Source of the DNA: a virus
DNA length: 64,000 bases
IMG/VR virus record: IMGVR_UViG_3300018719_000001
Reading direction: 5' to 3' (one strand)
Part shown: in pieces, positions 34,617 to 43,309 of the stretch
Layout: every line of letters begins with the position of its first letter
Position numbering within the stretch: the stretch's first letter is position 1
Notes under the pieces: generated by a model
Database searches by the model: none
What the model saw: the letters and a program-made list of their open reading frames with translations, nothing else
Told to the model about the DNA's origin: nothing
Position numbers and translations under genes: made by a program

Positions 34617-34757
34617 GTGGGCGTTTTTATTTGCTTAGACAAGCCCCTAGAAGCCCGCATGAGCGGTTTTCGTAGATCGCAAAGGGTGATGGATATGTTT
34701 GTACTAAAAACCGCCTAGAGAGGCGTATAGAGGCGCAAAATAATTTTCAATTGCCTG

Positions 34758-34786
34758 TTGACATATGGGCGAATGTCCTGTATTAT
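34758..34786 (+). promoter_or_regulatory. early promoter
   Basis: TTGACA-17-TATTAT; TTTTCAATTGCCTG upstream. Confidence 0.6.
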
Positions 34787-34846
34787 ATGTATCAAGAGGT
34801 ACGAAACACAAAAACTTGTCGCAAGGCGAAAGGGGTTAATTACATA

Positions 34847-35110
34847 ATGGAAATTCGTCAAAAGCTCATCGAAGGAATTCGTGAAATCGTGGTATACTTT
34901 AAATTAAATTTAGGGCTTGACGCGAAGCACAACATGAGGGTTTGCGATAACTTCATGGAACAGTTGAATGGAGCGCTTCAACTAATCAAGTCTCTAGGAT
35001 ACGGAAAGGATGATGAAATTGCATTTGAATTAAATGAAGCAAGATACTTGATCTACAACAAGCGTCTCGAATTTCAGGATGAACTAAAAAATCTTTCTGA
35101 TTCAAGATAG
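34847..35110 (+). CDS. hypothetical early protein
   Basis: AAAGGGGTTAATTACATAATG context; TAG stop. Confidence 0.6.
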   Translation: MEIRQKLIEGIREIVVYFKLNLGLDAKHNMRVCDNFMEQLNGALQLIKSLGYGKDDEIAFELNEARYLIYNKRLEFQDELKNLSDSR

Positions 35111-35117
35111 AAAACAA

Positions 35118-35161
35118 AACAAGAGCGCTTCATGTGCAAATGTGAAGCGCTCTTGTTTTTC
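35118..35161 (+). terminator. rho-independent terminator
   Basis: 15-bp stem AACAAGAGCGCTTCA...TGAAGCGCTCTTGTT + TTTT. Confidence 0.8.
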
Positions 35162-35299
35162 GTAATATCAATTAAAAACGAACTGACAGAATTGCATAAA
35201 AATTATGTGTATTCAATATAACGTTGACTATGTTGCTTCTAATGTATAGAATATTAATCAAGAGATGGACTTACATTCAACGAGAAAAGAGGAGTGCAA

Positions 35300-35497
35300 A
35301 TGAGCTACCTTGCAAAGCGGATGGAAAGACATCGGCTGGTTCAAAACAGTCTGTATGATGAAATGCAAGCAAATTTCAAGTCTATCAAGCATCTTTTAAA
35401 ACCTGAGCAAGTTGAAATGTGGGAGAACTGCGCTTCCGAAAAAGAAGAGAAGCGCATGTATGCCGAATTTATTGAACCATTATTGCATCAAGATTGA
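35300..35497 (+). CDS. hypothetical early protein
   Basis: ATG 35300 after AAGAGGAG. Confidence 0.55.
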   Translation: MSYLAKRMERHRLVQNSLYDEMQANFKSIKHLLKPEQVEMWENCASEKEEKRMYAEFIEPLLHQD

Positions 35498-35577
35498 TTG
35501 CATAGTTCTTGCCTATTGACAGAGTTGCTTATCACTGTTATAATGACTAAAGATTCAATTACATAGGAGGTTTTGGC

Positions 35578-35889
35578 ATGATCATTCTGCACTCGTACAA
35601 TGCAAAAGAAAACGGTGAAATCGTTACAAAGTGGGTTCTCTTCAAAACTAAGAACGCGAACTACACAAAGTCGATTATCGAGAAAGTCCGTGACTATCTG
35701 GCGAAACACGTTCATCCGAAATACAAAGAGATGTCCGATGTAGCCATTAAAAATGGCTACACGATCAAGTATGACGACGAATGTCTCAAATTGGATAAAT
35801 ATGGCGGTGAAGAGTGGTACGAACTGCGTGACAGAACATCCTTTTGTCTCAAAGAAACAAGGCATGTGACCATCGTAAATATTGACTAA
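35578..35889 (+). CDS. hypothetical early protein
   Basis: CAATTACATAGGAGG-8-ATG. Confidence 0.65.
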   Translation: MIILHSYNAKENGEIVTKWVLFKTKNANYTKSIIEKVRDYLAKHVHPKYKEMSDVAIKNGYTIKYDDECLKLDKYGGEEWYELRDRTSFCLKETRHVTIVNID

Positions 35890-35921
35890 CAAAACAACCA
35901 CTCCACAGGAGGAGTCGCACA

Positions 35922-36005
35922 TTGAACGTGATAAACAAGCGTAAAACGTGGTTTGATCGAGTTACGCGAAAGATCAGAAATACAGTCAAGAAAGCCATCC
36001 ATTGA
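35922..36005 (+). CDS. candidate 27-aa basic peptide
   Basis: Own translation MNVINKRKTWFDRVTRKIRNTVKKAIH; GGAGGAG SD; terminator hairpin overlaps the stop. Confidence 0.3.
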   Translation: MNVINKRKTWFDRVTRKIRNTVKKAIH

Positions 36006-36030
36006 GATGGCTTTCTTTTGATCAAGTCAA

Positions 36031-36170
36031 TTTATTGCGGTGAAGCACTGAACTACAAATAGGCAGAATTATTTGCATAGTCAGTTTTTTTCACTGCAAG
36101 GGGATAGTGTGGGTGTTCGTCCAAATACTCATATAAGGGCAAATAGAAGCCTTAGCGGGCAGGTTCGCAA
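36031..36170 (+). repeat. noncoding repeat module Y (paralogue of 32505..32625)
   Basis: Collinear blocks TTGCGGTGAAGCA, ATAGTCAGTTTT, GGGGATAGT, GTCCAAA, ATAGAAGCCTTAG. Confidence 0.5.
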
Positions 36171-36295
36171 CAGGAGATCGAATGGAAATGTACGCAAGCA
36201 ACTTAGAAATTTTCTGTTGACATATTATTCATATTCATTTATTATGATAGCTAAGAGGAGGATTTTCCTCAACAATTACATAGGGAGAGATTAAA

Positions 36296-36658
36296 ATGAA
36301 AGATCGCAAGGTTTATCCTGCCGAACACTTCGCTAATTCGGTAGTAGTGGAATACCAAGATAATGATGTCCTTTTTTCTGTGGTCAAGCGGAACGATGGA
36401 ACCGCAAGTGTGCTAAACCTGTTTGGTGGAAGCATCGACAGCAAATGTGCACTTGTACAGCGATTCTTCCAAGAGTTTCCAGAAGTTTGGAAGCTCACAA
36501 ACCAAGTTCACAATGTTAGTGAACTAAAGGCATGTTATAAAGCTGGATTGCGGTATCACTCACAAGAGTCGAATTGTCCGTTTAATCTTTCGGAAACGGT
36601 TGCTCTTGTCAAAGCACATGAAGTGCCTAGCGTAAAAATGATCTGGAAACGCTCCTAA
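36296..36658 (+). CDS. hypothetical early protein
   Basis: CAATTACATAGGGAGAGA-6-ATG. Confidence 0.65.
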   Translation: MKDRKVYPAEHFANSVVVEYQDNDVLFSVVKRNDGTASVLNLFGGSIDSKCALVQRFFQEFPEVWKLTNQVHNVSELKACYKAGLRYHSQESNCPFNLSETVALVKAHEVPSVKMIWKRS

Positions 36659-36681
36659 ATGGGGCGTTTTTCAATTTTCTG

Positions 36682-36710
36682 TTGACATATCTTCCGCAAC
36701 GTGTTATATT
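36682..36710 (+). promoter_or_regulatory. orphan early-type promoter
   Basis: TTGACA-17-TATATT; next promoter is only ~135 nt downstream with no ORF between. Confidence 0.55.
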
Positions 36711-36716
36711 CAAGAT

Positions 36717-36805
36717 ACGAGAGGTGTCCAACGAATTCGGGGGAAGAAAGGCAGGGATGCGCTCTCGCTTTAGCGAAGTAAAGCGTAGAAGTTGCGTCGA
36801 GCTTT
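36717..36805 (+). ncRNA. candidate short noncoding transcript
   Basis: Between the orphan promoter and the next promoter; contains CGCTTTA-GCGAAG-TAAAGCG hairpin; ends GAGCTTTTT. Confidence 0.25.
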
Positions 36806-36817
36806 TTCAATTGCTTG

Positions 36818-36846
36818 TTGACACATGGAGTTTTTGATGGTATTCT
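36818..36846 (+). promoter_or_regulatory. early promoter
   Basis: TTGACA-17-TATTCT then TATATCAAGAGG. Confidence 0.6.
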
Positions 36847-36909
36847 TATATCAAGAGGTGAAACTACCTTACTCAATACGCGTCATAAGCGCATAGGAGG
36901 AATTACATA

Positions 36910-37338
36910 ATGAACCGCTTCAACCGCTATCAACTGAAACCGCTTGGAAAATCTGTTCACCATCGTCAAATCATCGGAAAGGTCAATTATCACGGATTTC
37001 ACACGTTTGTTGATGTATACAGCACTTTGGCAGGCGAAGAAATGCATGAAGTTTCTGGCAAAGTGCTTGTAATTAAGTTCAAAGGTTCTGAAGAAACTAG
37101 GGAAACCATCGTGCATGGTGGTTACACTTCAGACGGAAGACGGGTAGCGTTCTGCCATCAAAAAACGGTTGCACCAGAAGACATGGAATATTGGCTGAAC
37201 CTGACTTGCGAAACAGAAGAAGAAAGAGAGGGGGAGCGCAAGAGGATAGAGGAGTTCCGCAAAAACCCTGAAACGTATGCGACACTGATTGACGCGAATG
37301 GATATGAATATATCCGTATTGAAGATACTACCCTTTAG
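36910..37338 (+). CDS. hypothetical early protein
   Basis: ATAGGAGGAATTACATAATG context. Confidence 0.65.
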   Translation: MNRFNRYQLKPLGKSVHHRQIIGKVNYHGFHTFVDVYSTLAGEEMHEVSGKVLVIKFKGSEETRETIVHGGYTSDGRRVAFCHQKTVAPEDMEYWLNLTCETEEEREGERKRIEEFRKNPETYATLIDANGYEYIRIEDTTL

Positions 37339-37353
37339 GGTAGTATCTTTTTA
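37323..37353 (+). terminator. rho-independent terminator
   Basis: AGATACTACCC...GGGTAGTATCT + TTTT, overlaps the stop codon. Confidence 0.75.
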
Positions 37354-37498
37354 TATGGCTTAAATCCAACATTCGCGCTATGGCTTCTATCTGGTCATGT
37401 GCGGCGTTTTGGTGGCTCTAGGCTATATTCGTATTGGGTTGACTAGAAAAGCGCCTTACAAGCCAAAATAGAAGGTCAAAAATATTTTCAATTAACTG

Positions 37499-37527
37499 TT
37501 GACACTTATGGTTGCACATGGTATATT
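37499..37527 (+). promoter_or_regulatory. early promoter
   Basis: TTGACA-17-TATATT. Confidence 0.6.
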
Positions 37528-37578
37528 GTTTTCAGGGGCAGATAAGCCCGAAACAATTACATAATCGGAGGGGTTCAA

Positions 37579-37911
37579 ATGGCAACACTTATCGTAAATC
37601 CTGACAACACTCGTATGCGCCGTGTGGAGAGTCATCAGCCGTTTCTGGCTGATTTGGACGAAATGCGCAAGTATGGCGTAAAAGCGTTCGTCCTGTCGTG
37701 GCTGATCGCACACTTCGATCATAGTGGCGAAAATATGAGAGATTTTCATTGGACAAAGTTGGGCGAAGAAACGGAAGTTCTTAACTGTCAGGGCTTCTAT
37801 GAATGGGACGAACGATTTACTTTGTCTTACGTGGCTCTGACCATCGACGGATTCTTGATCGCCGTCATGCAAGACGCAAACGACGATGAAGTTAAATACC
37901 AAATCAACTAA
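37579..37911 (+). CDS. hypothetical early protein
   Basis: CAATTACATAATCGGAGGGG-6-ATG. Confidence 0.65.
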   Translation: MATLIVNPDNTRMRRVESHQPFLADLDEMRKYGVKAFVLSWLIAHFDHSGENMRDFHWTKLGEETEVLNCQGFYEWDERFTLSYVALTIDGFLIAVMQDANDDEVKYQIN

Positions 37912-37947
37912 AGTTAAGCGGTGGGGAAACTCACCGCTTAACTTTTT
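37911..37947 (+). terminator. rho-independent terminator
   Basis: 13-bp stem AAGTTAAGCGGTG...CACCGCTTAACTT + TTT. Confidence 0.8.
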
Positions 37948-37978
37948 ATGGATGCTACGAAAAACTTTTAACATAGTG

Positions 37979-38007
37979 TTGACAGTGTGTTCTATTGGTG
38001 TTATATT
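37979..38007 (+). promoter_or_regulatory. early promoter
   Basis: TTGACA-17-TATATT; TTTTAACATAGTG upstream. Confidence 0.6.
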
Positions 38008-38063
38008 ATAGATAAGACGACAGCACAAAACATGCGCAACGAGCGCAAAGGAGAGAATTACAT

Positions 38064-38327
38064 ATGACGGAACACGAAAAGAAATACAGCGAAATTGTCG
38101 AAGCGGTGGGTTTGAATAATCTGATTCCTCTTATCCCTGCAACGAAAGAAGAAGTGCAAGATGCGCTCTCATGTAACTGTTATTTAAACAACATTCCTCT
38201 TCAAAGTTGGGACATGCAACACTTCAATGTTCTCAGATTGACTAAACGAGCAGGATATCAGGATAATTCGTTATCGTTTACGGTATGCGTTCTGAAACAA
38301 GCGGCTAGAATGTGGGCAAAATCATAG
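38064..38327 (+). CDS. hypothetical early protein
   Basis: GCGC-AACGA-GCGC hairpin, AAGGAGAGAATTACATATG. Confidence 0.65.
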   Translation: MTEHEKKYSEIVEAVGLNNLIPLIPATKEEVQDALSCNCYLNNIPLQSWDMQHFNVLRLTKRAGYQDNSLSFTVCVLKQAARMWAKS

Positions 38328-38485
38328 TATTTTATAACCCTGTATCTCTACAGGGTTCTTTTTAACTGAGCAGTTATCTGAATATTCCGTGTATTCAATT
38401 GATTGTTGACTTTCTTTTCCGTATCCTGTAGTATTATGTTTGTAAGAGAACAACACGCGCATAGCGCAAAAGGAGACAATTACAT

Positions 38486-38914
38486 ATGGCAAACGCTTAC
38501 TACGAACTGAAACAGAAACATCAGGCAGAAGTAAACAACTTCCCGATGGTGTTTGCATTTAGCAAACAACAGTTTGCGGAAGCAATGGAGAAACTTGGGT
38601 TGACGGAAGCCGACACTGACAAAATCTATTCTATCGGTGGCGGTGGATTCATTCGCAAATCTGATTCGGATGCATTTGGTGAAATGTTTAAACGCCACGC
38701 CAAGGAAATGCAGGAAGCCGTTGACGCTGACAGCACAGGAGATGGATTCGTATTTGACATGTTCAACTACGAATTAGCTAATCATGAATATGTCTTGACA
38801 TATGATGTTCAGCCCGCTCTCGACGCTTTAGACCTCACCATAGAACAGGTCAACACAGACCCGAAACTCAAACATGCTCTCGAAAAAGCATGTAAAGCAC
38901 AATTTGAAGTATAG
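38486..38914 (+). CDS. hypothetical early protein
   Basis: GCGC-ATA-GCGC hairpin, AAGGAGACAATTACATATG. Confidence 0.65.
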   Translation: MANAYYELKQKHQAEVNNFPMVFAFSKQQFAEAMEKLGLTEADTDKIYSIGGGGFIRKSDSDAFGEMFKRHAKEMQEAVDADSTGDGFVFDMFNYELANHEYVLTYDVQPALDALDLTIEQVNTDPKLKHALEKACKAQFEV

Positions 38915-38992
38915 CAAGCACATAAACCCATAGCAATATGGGGTTTGTGCTATATATTAATTATCAGAAAATTTTGTATATTCAATTGGGTG

Positions 38993-39021
38993 TTGACATT
39001 ACCTTACATCTCATGTAATAT
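38993..39021 (+). promoter_or_regulatory. early promoter
   Basis: TTGACA-17-TAATAT; CAGAAAATTTTGTATATTCAATTGGGTG upstream. Confidence 0.6.
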
Positions 39022-39075
39022 AAGACTTGTAAGGCAAATCAATTACATAGTGCGAAGCACACAGGAGGAGCCAAA

Positions 39076-39366
39076 ATGAACAACACGAAAACCATCTTCA
39101 ATACCGATGAAACCTTTGTCTATCAGATCGTTGTTGATGGTAAGGAAACGAAATACTACAAAGGTGTTCATGACCTGTTCGAAAACTGCGGTTTCCGTTT
39201 GACGGGTGTAAATCAGTCTCAAAGCACACGCGAAGAACTGCAACGGCAACCGAAATTCAGCGGGTTAATTGGTCCGATGTGGAACGGCTATCATGAACTT
39301 GAAGGTGTTAAGTATCCCTGCATTAGATACGAATGCCCGAAAGAATATGCTACCTATGCAAACTAA
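39076..39366 (+). CDS. hypothetical early protein
   Basis: AATTACATA-GTGC-GAA-GCAC hairpin-CAGGAGG-ATG. Confidence 0.65.
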   Translation: MNNTKTIFNTDETFVYQIVVDGKETKYYKGVHDLFENCGFRLTGVNQSQSTREELQRQPKFSGLIGPMWNGYHELEGVKYPCIRYECPKEYATYAN

Positions 39367-39504
39367 AGCAGGGCTTCCCCTGCTTTTTCTAATTTGTCAA
39401 TTTACTGAAAATTCCGCGAATCCAATTTACTGTTGATATTATATCTATCTGCCTGTATTATAAGACTTGTAAGGCAAATCAATTACATAGGGAGATGGAA
39501 GAAC

Positions 39505-39834
39505 ATGGCACAAAACTTTGAGTACCTTTGCAGTACGCCTGTAGAAGAGGATTGCGCACAAGTAGGGGAGGAAAATTATGAGCAACGCGCAAAACGCGAA
39601 TGTCGTGCCCTCATTGGTCAACTTATACGGATGTACGGCGAACCGCCTGAAGGTGTGACGCTGGTCACTAAGGGGTTCCCGCACGATTTTGGGACGTATT
39701 ACGAAGTTATCGTTAATTTCGACGATGCGAACAGGAAACAAACTGCATACGCTTGTATGCTGGTTGACGGGCTTCCTGACCTTTGGGACGAGCAAGCAAG
39801 GGAAGAGTTAGGGCTGAACGAGAAAACGGCTTAG
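39505..39834 (+). CDS. hypothetical early protein
   Basis: ATG 39505; leader TAAGACTTGTAAGGCAAATCAATTACATAG identical to that of the 39076 gene; TAG stop. Confidence 0.6.
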   Translation: MAQNFEYLCSTPVEEDCAQVGEENYEQRAKRECRALIGQLIRMYGEPPEGVTLVTKGFPHDFGTYYEVIVNFDDANRKQTAYACMLVDGLPDLWDEQAREELGLNEKTA

Positions 39835-39884
39835 AAGGGCAAATAGACGGGGTGAAAGCCCCGTTTTTGTTTTTCAATTGCATA

Positions 39885-39913
39885 TTGACACGTTTAGAAT
39901 AGTGGTGTAATAT
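39885..39913 (+). promoter_or_regulatory. early promoter
   Basis: TTGACA-17-TAATAT. Confidence 0.6.
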
Positions 39914-39953
39914 ATTAGATGTAAGCGACAATTACATAAGGAGATGGGGAAAC

Positions 39954-40460
39954 ATGAGAATTGAACCGTTCCAACAAACCGTAAACAACTCGCAAACGTT
40001 GAGTGTAGGAAGCAAATTCAACGTTAAGCTGTACGAGAAGGATACTGTAAACGTCTGGAAGGTAGAAACCATCGAAAGTGTTTCCGTGATGGGAGATAAA
40101 ACCACTGTGACTGGCAAAGCGTCATTCGTTGAACAGGTCGAATTGCGTTCTTTGATGGACTTGTTACACGAAACTCAATCTGGCTTGTTCTTCCGAACAG
40201 TCGGAAAATGGAGGTTGCGCGAAACAATTACGGGCTTTCTTGTAGTCGAACACGAAACGAAGGGCGAATACGGGTTTATGAGTCAAAAAGTAGAATGGAA
40301 GGGCAAGACTTTTGACAAGCTACCCAATGCTGTTCGTGCAGTGATTCAAGAGTGGTGGGAACTGAAAAACCCGCGCTACGAAACCCGCCCTCTTTTGGAC
40401 GGGAAACAGATGGCAAGTATGCATTCAAACCTCAATGAATCTGGTCGTTACAAGATATAG
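39954..40460 (+). CDS. hypothetical early protein
   Basis: CAATTACATAAGGAGATGGGG-4-ATG. Confidence 0.65.
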   Translation: MRIEPFQQTVNNSQTLSVGSKFNVKLYEKDTVNVWKVETIESVSVMGDKTTVTGKASFVEQVELRSLMDLLHETQSGLFFRTVGKWRLRETITGFLVVEHETKGEYGFMSQKVEWKGKTFDKLPNAVRAVIQEWWELKNPRYETRPLLDGKQMASMHSNLNESGRYKI

Positions 40461-40500
40461 CGAAACATCTGATGGGTGAATATGGATTAATTGAAAACAA

Positions 40501-40540
40501 ACAACAAAAACAGGGTATTGTCTGCCCTGTTTTTGTTGTT
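40501..40540 (+). terminator. rho-independent terminator
   Basis: ACAACAAAAACAGGG...CCCTGTTTTTGTTGT. Confidence 0.7.
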
Positions 40541-40808
40541 GACAATTCCACTTTAGTACGGTGAAGCGTCTAATCATTGAATAGTGCTATAGGACTAGTA
40601 TTAAAGTCATGTTGTCGTCTACAGGCTCTAGGAGCCATTTTAAGCGATTTTACCCCTTATCTGGTATAATCCTATTCGGATGATGTGAAACGCCATTCTG
40701 GTGGCATTCTAAGGGCTGTGTTTTTGTTGGTGTTCCTGTTAGAATGGGGTTGCAAACGCAAGACACTAGATTATAATAAGGATATAGACTGATAAGGTGG
40801 TGTTTCGT

Positions 40809-40964
40809 ATGGAGATCACAACAAATTGCTTGGGGCAAGTGTGGGTAAAGTGTGTTCGTGACTATTATGTTGGTAAACTTCGTACAATGAAGAAAGATGA
40901 ATTTTATTTAATCCATCTTTCAACTGCAAAAATGCTACAAGCTCAAGGGTTTGTTGAAATCTAA
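40809..40964 (+). CDS. candidate 51-aa protein
   Basis: Own translation; AAGGTGGTG SD; stop followed by an AATTACATA box and terminator hairpin. Confidence 0.4.
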   Translation: MEITTNCLGQVWVKCVRDYYVGKLRTMKKDEFYLIHLSTAKMLQAQGFVEI

Positions 40965-40975
40965 ATAATTACATA

Positions 40976-41010
40976 TTAAGCAGACGTAAATAAATGCGTC
41001 TGCTTAATTC
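40976..41010 (+). terminator. hairpin terminator (weak T-run)
   Basis: TTAAGCAGACG...CGTCTGCTTAA. Confidence 0.5.
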
Positions 41011-41054
41011 ATGTTAATAATTATCAGATAATTGCGAAGAATTAGAATAGTTTC

Positions 41055-41130
41055 TTTGCTACGGCGAAGCGGCGATACTGCGTACTTTAGAACGGTGAAG
41101 CGTTAGTCTTTCGAACAGTGAAGCGGCATA
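41055..41130 (+). repeat. three tandem copies of the CTTTAG-NN-CGGTGAAGCG motif
   Basis: CTACGGCGAAGCGGCG / CTTTAGAACGGTGAAGCGTTAGTC / TTTCGAACAGTGAAGCGGCA. Confidence 0.6.
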
Positions 41131-41374
41131 GCAGGGAAATCACGGAATATGCAGAATAGACTGACATATTTGACAATTCTAACTATAATTGAGATCGCCG
41201 CTTGCAAAATATGCATTTAACTTCAGATGAAATCACTGTTTTATCCAACGTTGAACAGGTGGGGACATTGACATAAGACATCTTTAATAATAACTTAAAT
41301 CAACAATAATTGAATAAATGTTAATCATATTGATAAGGAATCTCTAATCTTAGGATACAAACACTGAATATTCT

Positions 41375-41700
41375 GAATTTTATGAATAGAAGAACTTTTC
41401 AACAGGGTGTTGAAAAATGGCATTTTTCCACTAGGAAACTTTTTGTCGAATCGCTTCTAAAGCCCCTAGAATGTCCGTAGAGACGTGCAATACGTTGCCC
41501 ATATATTCCCCTTGGCACCCTCCAAAAAATCGTTTGTACGGGAAATTTCCCGAATATGCAATAACGTATTCATTCTGAGCAATTCTGATAATTCGAGAAG
41601 GCTTGATACGTCTAGGTTTTATACCCCCGCAGGGTATATGATGCGCATTGCATATTCTGCATAATATGCAACGTGTGGGAAATATTTGACTATATAGTAC
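41375..41700 (+). repeat. noncoding repeat module, copy C (related to 27.0-27.9 kb)
   Basis: GGTGTTGAAAAATG, CTTCTAAAGCCCCTAGAA, and a 21-bp exact repeat GCGCATTGCATATTCTGCATA (41643 = 27297). Confidence 0.55.
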
Positions 41701-41780
41701 AAATGAGAGGGCTTGACATAAATATTTTTTTGTGCATTATTCAACATAGTGTTGACAAATGAATTTCTGCTGACCAATCA

Positions 41781-41809
41781 TTGACCGAGCATCCCTTTTA
41801 TGGTATGTT
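41781..41809 (+). promoter_or_regulatory. promoter of membrane-protein gene
   Basis: TTGACC-17-TATGTT. Confidence 0.45.
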
Positions 41810-41839
41810 AATCTAGATAAAACAATCGGAGGGATTAAA

Positions 41840-42274
41840 ATGAAATCTTACTTCACTAAACTTAATAATCGACTGAAAGCGCGTGACAACAATTATCATC
41901 TATTGTTAATTATCGAATGTTTTGTAATACTTACATTTGTAATAAATGTGATTTTAGGTGATATGATGTTTATTTTATTTCAAGGAATCCTGCTGTTAAT
42001 AATGAGAGAGTTAAGACAGAATTTAACTAGATCGTGGCAGGAGTTACAACTTTATAGATTACATATTAATAGGAAAATAATTATTCACTTAGAAGAGTTA
42101 ATAGAGATAGAAAAATGGACAGTAAGAGGAATGCAGACAGTGATTCAAGTCAGAGTTTATAGAGCAATACAAAATGAAATAAGGAAGGAAACTGAAGAAA
42201 TTAGGGAATCTCTTGAGGCGTATGAAGTGGATTTATCTAAAGAAGCAATAGTCGGACAATTTAAAGATGCTTGA
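41840..42274 (+). CDS. membrane protein with coiled-coil C-terminus
   Basis: 144 aa; two hydrophobic helices; noticeably more AT-rich than neighbours; no AATTACATA box. Confidence 0.6.
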   Translation: MKSYFTKLNNRLKARDNNYHLLLIIECFVILTFVINVILGDMMFILFQGILLLIMRELRQNLTRSWQELQLYRLHINRKIIIHLEELIEIEKWTVRGMQTVIQVRVYRAIQNEIRKETEEIRESLEAYEVDLSKEAIVGQFKDA

Positions 42275-42420
42275 CATCCCTGTCAATATATGATAAGATT
42301 TTGTCAGTATCACCCGATTCCTAATTTGAACGACACAAAATGTGTCGGGCTGTAGGCTATGCGCTTACAGCTTTCTTTTTGTGTAAAAATTTTAGAAAAT
42401 TCTGTATATTCAACAGAGTG

Positions 42421-42449
42421 TTGACACTTGTATTCAAATGTTGTATACT
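42421..42449 (+). promoter_or_regulatory. early promoter
   Basis: TTGACA-17-TATACT; TAGAAAATTCTGTATATTCAACAGAGTG upstream. Confidence 0.6.
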
Positions 42450-42501
42450 CGTTTTAGTGGCAGATATACCACGACAACAATTACATAATGGAGGGTTCAT
42501 A

Positions 42502-42822
42502 ATGACTGTGTTTACGAATGACCTGACTGTTTTGCAAGGCGAAGACCTATTTAAGCAGTGCCTGAAAGAAGCATGGTACACCTCTCATCGTGGACAGGTT
42601 GGAGAGTTCGATAATCTCGATAAGCAGGATATTGCAAGCGTCCTATTTAAAGCTCTGCACGAGCTTGACTTGATCAAAGAAGGCGAATTGGACAACATGC
42701 ACCACATGAGCCGTAAAGCGTATAAACGCAAGCTGGAAGCCTTCTTGGTGCGTTGGGCAAAATACTGCGACAATCCAGACGATGCGGACATGTACAAAGA
42801 ATTCCTCGAAACCACCGAATAG
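42502..42822 (+). CDS. hypothetical early protein
   Basis: ATG 42502; CAATTACATAATGGAGGG SD context; track start lies upstream of the promoter. Confidence 0.6.
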   Translation: MTVFTNDLTVLQGEDLFKQCLKEAWYTSHRGQVGEFDNLDKQDIASVLFKALHELDLIKEGELDNMHHMSRKAYKRKLEAFLVRWAKYCDNPDDADMYKEFLETTE

Positions 42823-42907
42823 GTGGTTTTTCTTTTTAATAAGGTATTGATATAATTTTAAAAATATGCTATAATTAAGAAAAGTCGTAATTACATAGGG
42901 GGAAAAG

Positions 42908-43309
42908 ATGAATTATCAGCGTCATATGTGCACATGCGGAAAAAGACCTGTACGCTACAAAGGACTATGCAATCCTTGTTATCGCGCACAACAAATTAAG
43001 GCGAAGCGACAAAAGCAAAAAGAGGAGGAAATTAAAAGTACTTTTGAGATCGCCCAACAGCTTTTAGATCAATGGGAAAAAGAAATGAGAGAGTCAGTTA
43101 GAGAGGGAGGAAGATATGTTCACTATCCGTCTCAAACGAAGTTGGTACAGATGATATGGGACGAGCTAAATGAAGAAGTAAAACGCCTAACGGTAGCGGT
43201 TTTGCAAAGCAGGAAGGTACATGTCGATGGGAGAGATATATTGAATCGCATAAAAGAAAGAATTGAAAATCCATCGAATCGCACAAGCATGGAAGAACAG
43301 CTAAAATAG
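42908..43309 (+). CDS. hypothetical zinc-ribbon protein
   Basis: CTCG...CNPCY cysteines; GTAATTACATAGGGGGAAAAG-ATG. Confidence 0.6.
   Translation: MNYQRHMCTCGKRPVRYKGLCNPCYRAQQIKAKRQKQKEEEIKSTFEIAQQLLDQWEKEMRESVREGGRYVHYPSQTKLVQMIWDELNEEVKRLTVAVLQSRKVHVDGRDILNRIKERIENPSNRTSMEEQLK

Noticed and set aside
29384-38028. Long antisense ORFs in the early block: 29384..29821, 29870..30262, 31381..31863, 33996..34598, 35488..35922 and 37492..38028.
   Set aside because: All promoters, SDs and terminators in this region are oriented to the + strand. These ORFs mirror + strand genes and span terminators.
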